Below, in pieces: positions 19,840-33,337 of a stretch of 64,000 nucleotides of DNA. Both the position numbers and the translations under genes were made by a program. The stretch is from NCBI GenBank assembly GCA_027923505.1, contig BROI01000009.1:806001-870000 (forward strand). Reading direction: 5' to 3'. The notes under the pieces were generated by a model that was not told the DNA's origin, did no database searches, and was given only the letters and a program-made list of their open reading frames with translations. Origin of the DNA: Mayamaea pseudoterrestris. Lineage: Eukaryota. The first letter of the stretch is position 1. Every line of letters starts with the position of its first letter.

Positions 19840-20724
19840 CAAGAGAACTTCTGCATGTTGAAGCAAAAAGTCGCGCGAACCGTTCAAATCAGGGATCTTC
19901 ATAAAGTCTTCCACAACGTCGGCGTACTTTTCGCAAAATTGCGGGTACGTTTCCATCACTCCAATATCAGCCTTGTTGAACTTTTCCACTGGACCAGTTG
20001 CAGGATTAATAATTGTTTTCGATGACGTTGTTTTACTCGCACCTTCATCGTCGACCGCTCCATCAGCCTCTGCTTCATCGCTCTTGCCCAAAACAGTGGG
20101 CTCCAATGTGTCCTCGTCTTTCGGAGGAATGAATCCGCTCTCAGTGTAGTTCTTCTTTCCAGCCGTCTTACTGACCTCTGTCTTGTCGGAGACGACCGTT
20201 CCAAGATTGTCAACGTTCCACTTCTTGTTCTTTTCGTACTCCTCAAGCTTTTCGTAACGCTTAGCATTGGCTGCCTCGAGTTCGTCCAGTTCAGCTTGAA
20301 GGGCTTCAATCTCGTCCAAATCATCGTCATCGTCCGAACCAGCCGCTTGTTGCTGCTTGATTTTTTGAATATCGTGGCGAAGAATCTTCATGCGCTGATC
20401 AGCTTGCTCAATCTGTATGTTGGTTTAGCAAATGTGAGATTGTAGTAGATGTATGTACATCGTTTCCGGTGGTACTAGTCACGAATAAAGACTCCTCTCT
20501 TTACACAAAGAGCACAAGGTCTCCACCATTATACATATTCTTCGTATGATACGCACCTGCGCCAGAATATTCTTCTTATCCTTTTCCTCGTTCTCCTCGC
20601 GCTCGACTCTGCTGCGATGCTTCAGACGGAACCAGCTCTCTCGATCAATGTTGGGGTGAACATCGTCCTCATCGTCCGATAACTCGATCTTGTCCCACTT
20701 GGAGTAGTCGAATGGTTTAGCCAT
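19321..20724 (-). CDS. CDC37: Hsp90 co-chaperone Cdc37, copy A (exons 20724-20557 and 20412-19321)
   Basis: N-terminus [23 protein letters not shown] and C-terminal [12 protein letters not shown]...[10 protein letters not shown]. The GT-AG intron keeps frame. Confidence 0.93.
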
Positions 20725-21072
20725 GGCTTTGAAGGACGTTGACAGCAAGAAAGTTGATGAAGATTATGGTCAAGCTACGGTTCGCAGGAGGCAGCGAAAA
20801 TGCTTTGGAGCGAGTCGAGTCGCTGCGTTTCTCGCCGCGCCCGCCGCGCCAACGTGCTCCTTGGCGCTCGTAAATCTTGGCTTCGGTAACAGTCAGCGAT
20901 ACACATCGCTTTGTAGCGAACGCTAAGCGAGTCAACACGTGGAGATACACCAACAACATCAACCAAGTCCGTTTCAACTTGCTTTTCTTGATCAAGCCGC
21001 AACTTTTAACTTGTCGGAAAGAGCAGCACTCGCAAGTTCATTGCCAATCAGCAGTTGAAGCGTTTGTGGAAA

Positions 21073-22113
21073 ATGGAGTCTGTGGCCTTTACCTGGAAAA
21101 ATGCTTCGCCGCTGCTGCAACGGCGGAATACCAAGCGCTCTTTGCTTTTGGTTTTCCTTTTCAATGCTTTATTACCTTTCTCCATGTCGACTCGAGAAGC
21201 AAACTATCAAGTCTCTCATTCCTTTCGACGGACGAGCTCTTGCTCCAGTCCTAAATGGTTAACTAAGCATCTTATATCTGGCAACGAAAAGGACAATCTG
21301 TCGTTTCCCATTTCCGTCAAATTGTCGCTTCTTGTTCAACTTCGAGGCGGAGCGTATGACTCAGACTATCGAGACGATGCAGATGCAACGGCATACTACT
21401 CCTACGCGGAATCTCACCAGCAGTCAAGAGGCGGCAACACTGGTGGAAGATACCAGGAAGACTGGGAGATTCCAGCGTCGGCAGCAGCAGCCGCCCGCAA
21501 CCGTCAATCACAGCCACAGCAACCATTACCGGTACGCACTAGTGGCAGCACCACATATGATGAAGACTATTACCTTGACCGTGGTCTCCCGTCTCCTCGG
21601 GAGCGACAACGAAAAGGCAGCAGTGCAGCATCCAAGTATGTTCCTTCTATTCTTTCGCGAGGCAACAAGAAGATTGGATTGGCACTACTCGGTTCTGGTC
21701 TTGCAGTTACTATGCTTGGAATTAGTCTGTTTTTCAACAAGACGCTGATGCGTCTCGGCAATCTACTTTTCATTGGAGGCGTGCCATTGGTCATTGGACC
21801 GACACGGACCATGGGCTACTTTATGCAGCCGGCCAAAGTGCGAGCGACAGGGTGCCTAGCATTGGGAATCTTTCTCGTCTTTGTTGGATGGCCCGTCTTT
21901 GGGATTGCACTAGAAGTTTTTGGTCTCTTGAACTTGTTCGGAAACCTATTTCCAATCTTTTGGGCTGTAGCGAAGCAAACTCCGATTGTTGGAAGCTTGC
22001 TGAAGCAAAGTGACGCGGGAAAACGTACAGGCGGAGCAGCAAGGCGACCAAAATTCACGGACGACCAGGATGATATCCAGCGTCGGCGTGAGGAGGAGAA
22101 AAGATACTATTGA
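21073..22113 (+). CDS. Got1/Sft2-family vesicle transport protein with a long N-terminal extension, copy A
   Basis: C-terminal KKIGLALLGSG...LFFNKTLMRLGNLLFIGG...GLLNLFGNLFP Got1 signature. Start uncertain. Confidence 0.78.
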   Translation: MESVAFTWKNASPLLQRRNTKRSLLLVFLFNALLPFSMSTREANYQVSHSFRRTSSCSSPKWLTKHLISGNEKDNLSFPISVKLSLLVQLRGGAYDSDYRDDADATAYYSYAESHQQSRGGNTGGRYQEDWEIPASAAAAARNRQSQPQQPLPVRTSGSTTYDEDYYLDRGLPSPRERQRKGSSAASKYVPSILSRGNKKIGLALLGSGLAVTMLGISLFFNKTLMRLGNLLFIGGVPLVIGPTRTMGYFMQPAKVRATGCLALGIFLVFVGWPVFGIALEVFGLLNLFGNLFPIFWAVAKQTPIVGSLLKQSDAGKRTGGAARRPKFTDDQDDIQRRREEEKRYY

Positions 22114-22550
22114 CATTGAATAATCGCGCTTGACTGCTGTCGTAAACAATGTTGAACAGCAAGCAAGCTACCTAGATCTTGCTTGGACTGCGTATCCTGT
22201 TCCGCAATATAACTTTTAACTATGTGTGATTACATAAATTGCCTGTGGCCAGGTAGTTGTGCGCAAATCATGTCGTCTGAGGAAGAATACAACTTGGCTG
22301 AGCTAAAAACTACGTTTATACGGTAATTGTACGGTAATTGGAAGGGCTGTGAAGGTAGCTGCAATCGTACCGGTATTGATTGCATACGCACGTGAGTTTT
22401 CGATCTTGCTTTCACCCAACGCTCGAGCGCGATGGCTGGAGGTTCGGCGGCAGGCCCATCACATCAGCGACGAAAGATATCGTTGATGCCGACACCGAGC
22501 AGCCATCATCTCCCTGTCACGAACTACCCGCCAAGCAGCAAATCACCACG

Positions 22551-23465
22551 ATGACAAACTTTGGGAAAGCAGCAATTCTTGCGGTTCTTTTCGGAGCAGC
22601 GCAAACCAACGCGTTTGTTGTCCAAGGACCTTCTCGGTCGCAGACACGGCTTGCATCGTCTGTGAGTGATTTGCCTGCCGACGCTAAGCTCTCGAAAGAC
22701 ATTTGGAGATCTGTATCGCCGACAGTCGTCCAAGGTAACTCATTGAGGACGTTTCAAACCACCTCAGCTGATAGAGTGCAGGTTCTTTTGAAGACAGAAG
22801 GACGCCCGCTCAATTCAAGGTAAAGTGTAGTGGTCACGTTCTTTTGAACAGTCGCTGTTTCAAAGATTCATCTTCTCATTAATGCACTATCATTTGCTCA
22901 CAGGGTTGAGCTATGGCAGGGACCAGATTATCTCCCGTTCAAGCTGGGCATCTATCTTGAGGACGGAAGCTTGTCGCCCTTCAACGGAGTGGTCGAGACG
23001 CCGTATGACTCAAATACTATCGCAGTCTACAATACAGGAAACTTAGAATTTCCTCTCAAAGCTTGCGTTGTGCCTGACAAGCAGGATCTTGGTCCAATCA
23101 AGGAACGGCTCATGGACTCGGCCGATCCGATTACAATCCAGGGAGGAGCTCTGCGAACGTATCCCTTTGATGCGTCGGTCGCGAGCGTGCAAGTTTGTTT
23201 GAAAACGGACGGTCGCCATCTTCAAGCGCGCATTGAATTGCTCCAGGGGCCTAACAACAACAAGCAGATTATTCAGGTCTATTCTTCGGACGGCAAGAAG
23301 CGTTCATTCTATGCCGTCTTTGAGACACCAGAAGCGGGTTGCGTCGTTCGAATCGTCAACGAACAGACAGTTGAGTATCCTCTCATGTCTTGGGTTGAGC
23401 CTTACAAGATTGACGACTCGTTTTCGGCTACAGAACCTGTCATGGGCGGCGGTAGCAATCGCTAG
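22551..23465 (+). CDS. Signal-peptide protein with two internal repeats, unknown function, copy A (intron 22820-22903)
   Basis: Signal peptide then NAFVV. Repeats VQGNSLRT..VQVLLKTEGRPL..ELWQGP and IQGGALRT..VQVCLKTDGRHL..ELLQGP. The intron restores frame. Confidence 0.78.
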
Positions 23466-23859
23466 GCCGTCGTGCTTACGATAGTTGTTGCGATTTGTAA
23501 TGTGGGTGGCAAAGCAAAAATATTTTTGTATGGGATTCGCTTCTATGTAGACTATACATCGGGTTTTATTTCTGTAACCTTTAATATACCAAAAAGTGTT
23601 GTATAAGATTGAGGATGTGACTCAAAGCAAAAATCACTTCAGTCAGTGCTCTGACTTGCACAATATCATGCAGGTAGCTAAATATTCAATCAATCCCGCT
23701 TCAGCGCGCGCTCGTGACGTCAACGCGATGGGTCATTTCACTTGGTGGTTTCATGTTCGGTTCCACGAGCAGCAGCCAGTTCTTCTGCAGCTTCATTAGC
23801 CTCGAAGACAATTCTACCATTAACAGTCTGTTGATCCTGCTGATCTTCCAGTGAAGCAA

Positions 23860-25294
23860 ATGGTGCGTCAAAACTCTGTCAAGGCTGCCTTTTCCAAGCC
23901 GGAGGCTGTCCGCTCAAGGTGAGTCGGTTTTTTGCCGTGCTCCTCTTGCATATCCTCAAAAGAACTTGGCCTCTCCGAGGTTGTGACGGATTGAAACAAA
24001 AGAGTTTCTTCATTTATAGGCGTTTTGAGCTAAATGTCTAAGCTATTTAACGCCGCTCGTTTAAAATTGCAGTACCTCATTTATAACGAAATGCTGCCGA
24101 TGCTGCTGCCTCTTTGTGTCGCTGCTGGTCTTTCTCATGATCCTCGGTGCCGGCAGCGGGCCAGTCAATGACAATGCACTATCGGGCCAAGCTCATCATG
24201 CTTCAATTCAAAACAAAGTTAATAGCAGTCGTGCTCGCGATTACGATGCAACTGCCTGGCATTATGATAAGTCGAGCGAATACGATTATGACGAGGTGGA
24301 AAATGTCGTTGGCGAAGCCAAGCTCATTCTGGAGAAGGCTGAATAAGATGTTTTGCAGGAAGAAGAGTCATTGTTGAAAAAGGCAGTTACGGCGGGAGGA
24401 CGAGCACTGCGTGCCGGCATCAAGAAAGTACTCGGGCTGGTGCAACGGACCAAGACATAGAAGCAATCGCTGCGCAAGTAGAGGAGGAAGTAGTTTCGGA
24501 TGCCATGGATGAGTTGAGAGAAGATGCGGAAATTATTTTACAGGAAGAACTTGATGGCGTGAGCGAAGACGCCTATGGAGATGTGTCCATGGGCTACGAT
24601 CGCGCCACTATTCGACATTCCATAGGAGACCGAAGGGATCATTATACATCCGACATGCGCACTCGAATTGGCGGTCTGGAGCATGACTATCAGGAGCAAT
24701 TGCCAGAAAATCTTTTGGAACTTGAGAAGAAGTTGTTAGAAAAGAAGGTTGAGCGCTAAATATGGTCGAGATGTTCATTTGAGCATTGTCGCCGGAGAGG
24801 TTCGAGAGCGACGGACGATGGCTACCTCCGTTCTACCAAGAACAAGGAAGGAAAGTGCGAGTAAGAATAGGAATCATTATGGCACAGACGACGGATAGCT
24901 ATGGAGGCGGTGGCGGGACAACTACCTCGTCGGGCTATGGCGGTGGAACTGCGTCTACTGGCTACGGCGCAGGAACGACTTCAGGTGCTCGAACGAGCTC
25001 ATATGGAGACACGGCAACTAATGAAGCGGCATCCCAGACGAAAGATGATGATGGAGCTAGTGACGATGATGATGTGTTGCTGGTACAACTGGCGACGACA
25101 GTAGCGAGGCGACGATAGAGGCTCGGATAATGACAATGACGACGACACCGCTGATGACGAAGACGGCAATGTAAGTTAATCTTATCTCTTGCATCGCGCT
25201 TCCTGACTCCACAAGCGCTGACAAATTTTGGTTGTTCACCTGCGCTACACAGGACGATGACGCAAATGATGGCGACGACAATATGCGCAAAATA
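23860..25294 (+). pseudogene. Broken copy of the 53009-54441 gene (stop and frameshifts; possibly sequencing error)
   Basis: Collinear with copy B but has gaa-taa for gaa-caa near 24343 and many 1-3 nt indels. Confidence 0.65.
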
Positions 25295-25639
25295 GACGTG
25301 TCAGACTGCTATTTTGGGAGACTACACATTTTTTAACATTGAAATACATATAGTACGTCATGTATATTTTATTTCGGAAGAGCTGGAGCGATGTTGATTT
25401 ATTTTATGTACTGGTGCTGGTGCGCTAGCTGAGATTTTGAACCGCGCTATTCGGTCGTGAGGTGCTGCTCCTATTCTAATTTGCACGATTTACATCGCTC
25501 GTGTGAGTTGAAGTCATCGAACGCTAATGAGCACTACTAGCCGTGATTCTGGCCAGCCAACGAGGCGCGCCATCCGCGTCTGGAAAATGCAAACGAAACA
25601 TCGACCATCCACATTCTTGCACTCGTAACAATCGACCAG

Positions 25640-26465
25640 CAATTTCCACCGGCCGGCAGTCTCCTTCTTTTTCCTTCGGCGTCGCGTTTCGCCCTATGCA
25701 CACTGCATTTGCCGCGCGAACATCGTTAGATTGGCGTAAGTATAGGTCCATGTTGCTCGTTTTCCAGTTTCCAAACAGCCGCTGCGCTTCGTGACGGTGA
25801 AGAAGTATAAGCCCCTCGCTGCGATATCTTTGACGAAGATTGCTTTGCATACCGGAATCAATTTTGCTTTGTCTGAGTCTTAGAGTTGCCGCTTCGATGT
25901 CTGCTATGAATTTCATTTTCATCTTGTCGTCGCACCTCGTCACATTCCACTCATTTCCCACCGTGTCTTGAATTCTTTCTTAGATTTTAGCTTCTGATGT
26001 TTTCAAGACACAAGAAGTCAAGTTTGCCGATACGACGGAAACGGTGTGTCAAGGGTCGCGACCTTTTCCTCTGCTTCCCAAGGCTTTTGAGGTGCAGATT
26101 GGCGTGATCGGATGGGGCTCGCAGGCGCCGGCACAGGCGCAGAACTTGGCGGGGAGTCTGGTACCGAGGCTATCGTTTCCATTGGTCTTCGTCGAAGGCT
26201 CTGCCAGTTTTCGACGAGGCGAGGCAATGCGGTTTCAGCGAAGACAAGGAACTCTTGGCGGATGTTCTCCGTCATCAAGGACAGCGACTTAGTTATTTTG
26301 TTGATCAGCGATGCCATGAGCAAGACTTTACAAGGAGATTTTGCGACCATGACCTGGAGCCTTGGGTCTTTCATGGATTCTTGCTGGGTTATTTGGAGAG
26401 TATCGGCGAGGACTTTCCGTCGAAATGGATGTTATTGCTGTGTGCCCCAGGGCATGGGTCCTTCA
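25640..26465 (+). pseudogene. Truncated, indel-ridden 5' part of ilvC
   Basis: Matches about 54796-55669 with dense deletions and ends at the duplication junction. Confidence 0.75.
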
Positions 26466-28139
26466 CGGCCGCATCGCATTCACCGGTAGATCCGTTGCTG
26501 GACGCATCGACGAACGACCGCCGCAACAATGAATGTAGTGTCGTCTGCAGACAATATTAAATTCAACTTTTCGTCCTGATGCATCTGACAAGTCAGGCAG
26601 CGGCGAACAATATCACGTGTGGCAACTGAAGGGTCGATTCCGCTCACGATAAGCTGCTGAGTCGTTCCACGTTTGAGTGCATCAGCTAAAGAGTTCTGAA
26701 GATCAATGTAAACATGGACATTTGAAAAAATCTTATTTGCGGCCAAAGTACTCGCGTTGATCGCATGCGAGCGCCAGTGAGTATTCGCTGTCGCCTTGCA
26801 AATGCATCATGTCGCCAAGGGTGGATTGGGTTCATGCACCTTCAGACCGTTCCCGAACAATGTGCTTGCAAGTCAATGTAGATCGGCCCAGTCATGAACG
26901 CGTCATTACGCCGCTTCGTATTCCTGCTGTGAATCTTCTCCGTGTTATAATGCTTTTCAACACCGATGGGTTTTCATAGCGTTACGCCATTGTATAAGTT
27001 TGACGGGTGTCGTTTGTCAAACAGCAGTGTGCTCCAGTGAGATCACCTTGTAGTATCGTAAACGACTGGGAAGTAGCTCGTGATCATTTCCTTGCAAACA
27101 GTAAGGTGAGTCTGGGAGCGTCGGCGAAACAAAGTGCGTCATGAGAAACAAGATATCCATAAACCCATTGTGAACAGCAAGTGGCACTCTTCGTCCTGCC
27201 ACGCTGGTTCAACCGCATCAAAATCGACAGTGTCAAAGGATATGGCGCAAACAAGGGTGACTGCATCGAGAGCGGTGCCCGCGACATGCTCGCGACAACT
27301 TCAAACACCCTCCACATGCCGACATTCATCTTCCAAGCCTCGCGCTGAAGTTTCACCTTGCGCTCGCAGCACTAACTCGGAAAGACGCAACACGCGAATG
27401 TGCCCTCCTCCGCCATTTCCAAATCGGTCGGGGTACTCTCGCTCGATATTTTCGTACAGCGCCCGCCGCAAAAATGCGTACGGGAGGGCAGCAACCAGCG
27501 TCGTGGTAGACTGGTTGAACATTCCACCGCATTGTCAGGCCATTCTCGCAAGGTTGCCATTTGGTGGTCGCAAAAAATCGAACGTCATCCGTTCGAGTCA
27601 GTTCCTGGTACGGCGCAAGGTTTGCTCCACTGACTGGGATGATCGCTTGGTTTGCTGTTGCTGCTGCTCCTCTTGGTGCTTGATTGCATAATCGGCAATG
27701 ATTTGCTCTGCCAGTCGCCTGTAACGTAATTAACGCCTTGCTTGGTCCACAGGTCAAAGCTCATAATTGTGCTCGTTCAAAAGGCAACGCTGGATGGATT
27801 GAGAACAACCTCTCGGCAGAAGCATCATCAGCGAGCTGACGACGACGGAAACATGTAAAAAGAAGTTGTAGGAACGAACAGTCCATGAGTTCCGTAGCAT
27901 CAATGGCTTGATTCGCCGATGGCAGAGTCTTGGCCACAGCAGCAACAGCAGCTGCAACGTAAATCCCTCCATTTATCGCCTTCCTCTTCCTCGTCATCGC
28001 TGGGCGCCTCTGCTTTGACCGGAGACGCCACTATATTCGAATGAAACAATGGAAACTTAATTGTATAATGCTGTATCGTTCCGGCGCTCGTTTTCAGGAT
28101 ATGTAATTTTGGGCAGCAAATCTTTGCGGGGTGGACCAC
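26466..28139 (-). other. Probable frameshifted hypothetical gene, cut at the 26465 junction
   Basis: Chain of overlapping short minus-strand ORFs with protein-like composition and no recognisable family. Confidence 0.35.
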
Positions 28140-28802
28140 GACGTGATCCGTTTGGAACTTGAATACCTGTCATTTCCTCGTCTCCGACAAAAGCAGCCGT
28201 CTGCGCGATGAATCAAATCATTCGATTGCTGTGGAAGCAGAATATGAACAACAAGTGTAAGTTTACAGCAAGTCGGACTAATGCAAAAAGCTGGTATTTG
28301 TTCTAAAAAGTCTGTGCATCAAATTTCATCGAGCACTGGTTGCAGCAGCCTCATACCTCGATAAAATTCTCTGTAGTTTACGTTCTACCATCTTGTGCTG
28401 GCTGTATGTTACGCGGATGGGCAGGATTCTCAGATAGTGGTAGCGGGTCCAACCACTCTTTGGATCGTCGCTCGAAGTCTCCGGGCTTACCGTTACGACC
28501 TGGGGTACTCTTTGTCAAACAGTATTTAATTAACGGTAAGGAAACGAGTGCCAGTGAAAACTGCGTCATAGGCAATGTTGAGAAACGAGTGCCGGTGGCA
28601 TGCCTGCAATGGTTGGAAACGTGCCCAGTGAAAACTACGTCATGCTTATATATGCCTACCGCGCCAAGGTGCCAGCGCAAGAATTGTGCGCGGGCGTGTA
28701 TTTCATTCGTCTGCTCGCACGACTAATGTACGGTATGTGTTGACCTTACATCTGCATGAGAATAGAGCATAGTAATCAACGAAGATAGAAGAATCGAGAA
28801 AT

Positions 28803-31800
28803 ATGCAGAGCAATTTTTTCGGTAGGCTCAACCTCCTCCAACGACAATCAGCCAGCTGTAGCTGCTGCTTCACTGCAAACGACGGAGACTACTGTTGCAA
28901 ACGACAGGACTTGGAAGAGGCGCAGCAAAACTCGTTGCTGCCATGCAGTGTCAATTCGCACTCCATGGCCCGACGTGCAGCGCCTGTTCCGGGCCGTTGG
29001 CTGTCCGCCTTCTCGTTCAACAATCGCCAAGGAGAATGAAGAAGCGCCAAGTGCCGGCGACGGCCCTCCGACGATTCAAGTTTCTCTCTTTCCGGAAGCG
29101 ACTCTGCGAGTAAAAAATATTCTGAAAGGACTTGTTTCGCCGTATCAAATCATTGAGACGATTCAAGACATTGGGTTTGACGCGGAACTCACCAGTGAAC
29201 AGGCTGCAGACACTTAACACAGCTGCATCTTCCACTCTGCGAGTCGTTCTGTTTACGTTTACGAATGCAGAGACTGCTGAAAGGGCGTTTGCATCTTTGA
29301 CGAAAAATCCCAAGGTTCAAAGCGTTCATCCAGTCGAAGATCAGCCGCAAGAGACCAAGCGAAATTGCAGTTATTTTGTTTGGAAGCCAAGGGACGACGA
29401 AAATCATCAAAATACTTGGAGCTAGGCGAAGACAAAGGAGAGAGATTAGAAAGTACAGAGTTTGTAAGCTGCACGCTCCGTGTAACCTTTGACGAAACGT
29501 CGGGGATGGGCGTTCGAACGCTTTTGCGTGAGTTGCAAGAGCAGTTGGGATTCAACAATTCACATGACGACGACATTGAAGTCCAAGACGCGCTGGGCTT
29601 TCAATGTAATCAAGAGGCGGTTGAAGCGCGGCGACGCGCAGAGGTTGCGCGAGTGCGTTGCGATTTTTTTCTTTGCGCTGGCGCTCGCTGTTCCGGTTGG
29701 AGTTGTTTCCATGTTGCTTGGAATGATACCAAGAACCATGATGCTTGTCCATACTTATCCCTTTTGGCGGATTACTTGGCTTGAATTTATCACGTGGCTA
29801 CTAACGACGCCGATTCAGTTCATTTCCGGCGCTCGCTTTTATCGAGAATCCTACTACTCGATCAAGTCGCGACACTTTGGAATGGGTTTCCTCATCTGCC
29901 TTGGTACTAGTGCCGCATACTTTTACTCGGTGGCTGCCACATTATACAACGCCATGCAGCCAGAAGGCACTGAGATGCTTGCCACGGCGTTTGAAACGTC
30001 GGCCTTTCTGATAACCTTTGTGATTCTCGGAAAATATCTGGAGCTCAAGGCAAAGTCTCGAACGTCGCGAGCCATTGCGAGTCTGGCGCAGCTCACTCCT
30101 CAGTCGGCAACCCTTGTAGGCACATGGAATCTTGATCTTGATCGAGAGGATTCCTGCGTCGAGGAGAGGATTAATTCTGTTTTAATACAACGTGACGATG
30201 TATTGTTGGTACGACCTGGCGAAAATGTTCCAATGGATGGCATTGTGGTGCATGGTGCCTCATCCATTGACGAAAGCATGTTGACCGGCGAGTCTTTACC
30301 CATCGTCAAGCAGGCTGGTGACAGCGTTATTGGTGGAACTGTGAACCTGGATGGAGCGATCCGAGTTCGGGTAACAAAGGTGGGCAGTGATACAGCCATG
30401 GCGCAGATCATTCGCTTGATCGAATCGGCGCAGTCTACCAAGGCTCCGGTAAGCTTTAAAGAAGTGCTTATTCGCTTTTCTTCTATAATGAGAACTAAGT
30501 CTTATCCCGAATTGCATTTTTTATGCAGATTCAAGAATACGCCGACTGGTTGTCGGCACTTTTTGTGCCCGTGGTTCTGCTCATCTCTGTTTGTACCTTC
30601 ATTCTTTGGGCAATCCTTCTGAATACAGCGGCACTTGATCACGTAAAAGGTAGCTGGTCGTATTTGGACCATGGGTTGAATGATTGGACGCTTCCACTCA
30701 TATTCGCGATTTCAGTGCTGGTGATTTCCTGTCCATGTGCGCTGGGCCTGGCCACACCGGTAAGTCTTATTCGGATTATGGTTGGTTCCAAGAATGATCG
30801 TCCTATAAATGTCTTATTAAAATCAACTTGTTTGTTTACAGACGGCAATAATGGTTGGATCAGGTGTAGGAGCCCGAAACGGAATTCTTTTGAAAAGTGG
30901 CGAAGCGATTGAGCAATCGCGTGAGCTTAGGGCAATCGTGTTCGATAAAACAGGCACGTTGACCTTTGGCCGGCCATCAGTGCAAGACGTGTTACTCTTG
31001 TCGGATCGTTGTGCTACAATTTTCGACTCTTTTGTCGATGAAAAGGTTATGTCGCAAGTGCAGACAGCTGGTGGCGCAACTATAATTGAGTCAAGCGTGA
31101 ACCGTATCAAGACATTGGAGAACATATTTTTTCTGGCTGCAAGCGCGGAGCATGGCAGCGAACATCCACTCGCAAAAGGTGAGAGGAGTTCTATGGCACC
31201 TGACTTCTGTTTGAAAGGACGCGCGTCTGACATGTCTTATTTTCAGGAATTATCGGCAAGGCAGCAGACCTGGGCATTGGCGATGGACTTTCGCGACCAT
31301 TAATTCGCCCGGATGACTTCGAGAATGAACCGGGCGCTGGTATACGCTGCACTATTAGTGGGCATCGCATTCATATTGGTAACCGACGCAGTTTGAAGAC
31401 GAATGTTATTGCGTTCGGGACAGATGCCATGGACGCAATGGAATACCTAGAAACGAAGGGGCAAACAGCGGTCATTGTGTCTGTTGACGGTCAAGCCGAA
31501 GCAGTGATTGGTCTTATTGACAAGGCTAAGGACGAAGCGGCAACAACTGTTAATGTATTGAGACGGGGACTTGGAATTGACGTTTACATGCTGACTGGTG
31601 ACAATATTCGGACTGCAAGAGTTGTCGCATCGGAGGTTGGTATCGCTCCGTCGAATGTGATTGCCGATGTGCTTCCAGAAGGAAAAGTTGATTGCATTAA
31701 AGCTTTGCAAGCAAAGTTTGGCGGTGGTGTAGCCATGGTCGGCGACGGAGTTAATGATGCGGCCTCACTGGCTTGTGTAAGTTTACGAGGATGTCAATGA

Positions 31801-32494
31801 TTACGCGACGTCTGGCTGATATTTAAAAGTGCCTCTCGTTATTCTGCAGGCTAACATAGGAATAGCAGTCGCAGCTGGCACCAATGTCGCGATCGAGTCG
31901 GCATCGGTAGTACTCATCAATTCGAATTTGACTGATGTTGTCACAGCAATTCACCTGTCCAAGAGTATCTACAATCGCATTCGCTTAAACTTTCTTTGGG
32001 CGTTTGGATACAACACTCTTGCCATCCCTTTGGCCGCAGGAGCATTTTATCCAATCATGAACATGGTCGTTCCTCCTTATATTGCTGGATTGGCAATGAT
32101 ACTCTCTTCGCTCACTGTATTGTCATCGTCCTTGTTGCTAAATCAATATCAGCCTCCGAAATACGATAAGGAGTACAAGCGATTTGGCGACGGTGTGGCT
32201 TTATCAAAGGTGCACATGACTGCAGCTGGCCAAAGGGTGACGATTCAGTGCTGTGAAGGAATGCGGCAGGGAAAGCCCTGTTGCTGCCCACCCGATGCTT
32301 GCTTCTGCGATGAATGTACGGAGCACGGGCGTACTTTGACAAGAGACGACGATTCATCGACTGTATCAAGTCAGATTGAAAGTAATTATCCTGGTTGCCA
32401 GTCATCCTGGGGCAAGCCCTGCAACTGCAAGGACAACTGTCGTTGCGGTCCGGGCTGCAAATGTTGCCACGATGCAACCAAACGGACGACGTAA
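28803..32494 (+). CDS. P1B-type heavy-metal (probably Cu+) transporting ATPase; introns 30449-30528, 30760-30841, 31179-31246, 31777-31849; 5' part frameshifted
   Basis: HMA-like [42 protein letters not shown], and YN / MxxSS in the last TMs. Confidence 0.9.
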
Positions 32495-32534
32495 ACGAAA
32501 TAGCAGACTTCATCGAGTACTGAAAGTTAACTTA

Positions 32535-33337
32535 TTATTCAATTTGCCCACCTTTCAAAACAAGTATATGCCTATGGTTGATGTGAGGTAAAGATTGAAG
32601 ATGAGGAGGATTCTTCCAATGCAAAAAGTCGCGAACGTCCTGTAGACGAGAGCGTAGCTCCATTTCTGCGTCAGCGACATCGTCCTCTGTGCAGTCTTCA
32701 CCCAGTTTCCATCTTTTTGCATAAAGAAGTGACAAGCGTGAGCGAAGGTGATTGCCGTGAGACAACGCCTGATTAGCACAATTTTTGCCGCAAGTTCATC
32801 ATCTTGTCAGAAGTATGCAGCATAAGCTCGTCACATTCCCACTTACAAAATCCAGTGGCATACATTTTCGCCAACATGATACGAAAAGGAGTTTTCCGCT
32901 AATACCTTCAAGGGTTGAGTGGACGATGGCCGAGGTACGTGCAAGAGTCCGTCATCTGCAACTGTCGGCACCAACCCAAACTTTTCGTAAAGTATGTAAT
33001 CGTACATGGTCCTGTATTCTTTCAATACTTTTATCCTGTGCAATTCATAAAGGTTTTGATGCTTCTTGGACCGCTTTAGTGCGTCAAGTTGGTTGGTACT
33101 GACAATGCTTTGCAGTTCGCTCCAGGTTGGCGGTGGCACTTCCTCGTCTTCGGCACCATGCATCTGGGTGGTGCTACTGCGCTGCCAAATGACGACTTGA
33201 ACAAGATGCTTGGTATTCAAAGTAGCATATCTCATCGGAACGTTAGAGACTTGAAAGCCTGATGATTTTTCTATTCTAGGAAAGAGCACAGCGAAGGCAG
33301 CCATGATTTGACTTTTGCGGCCGGCGCCGAGGACCAT
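32535..33337 (-). CDS. DUF3605 / GIG1-like protein (intron 32846-32713)
   Basis: NSFSYHV...HWILWKLG and WKNPPHLQSLPHINHRHILV motifs. Splicing joins the two ORFs in frame. Confidence 0.7.

Larger units (their letters stand above)
1..26465. repeat. Copy A of a large duplicated block (matches 33179-55669)
   Basis: Same genes in the same order and near-identical sequence. Homology to copy B ends at ...ggcatgggtccttca (26465 = 55669). It probably extends left of the window. Confidence 0.95.
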
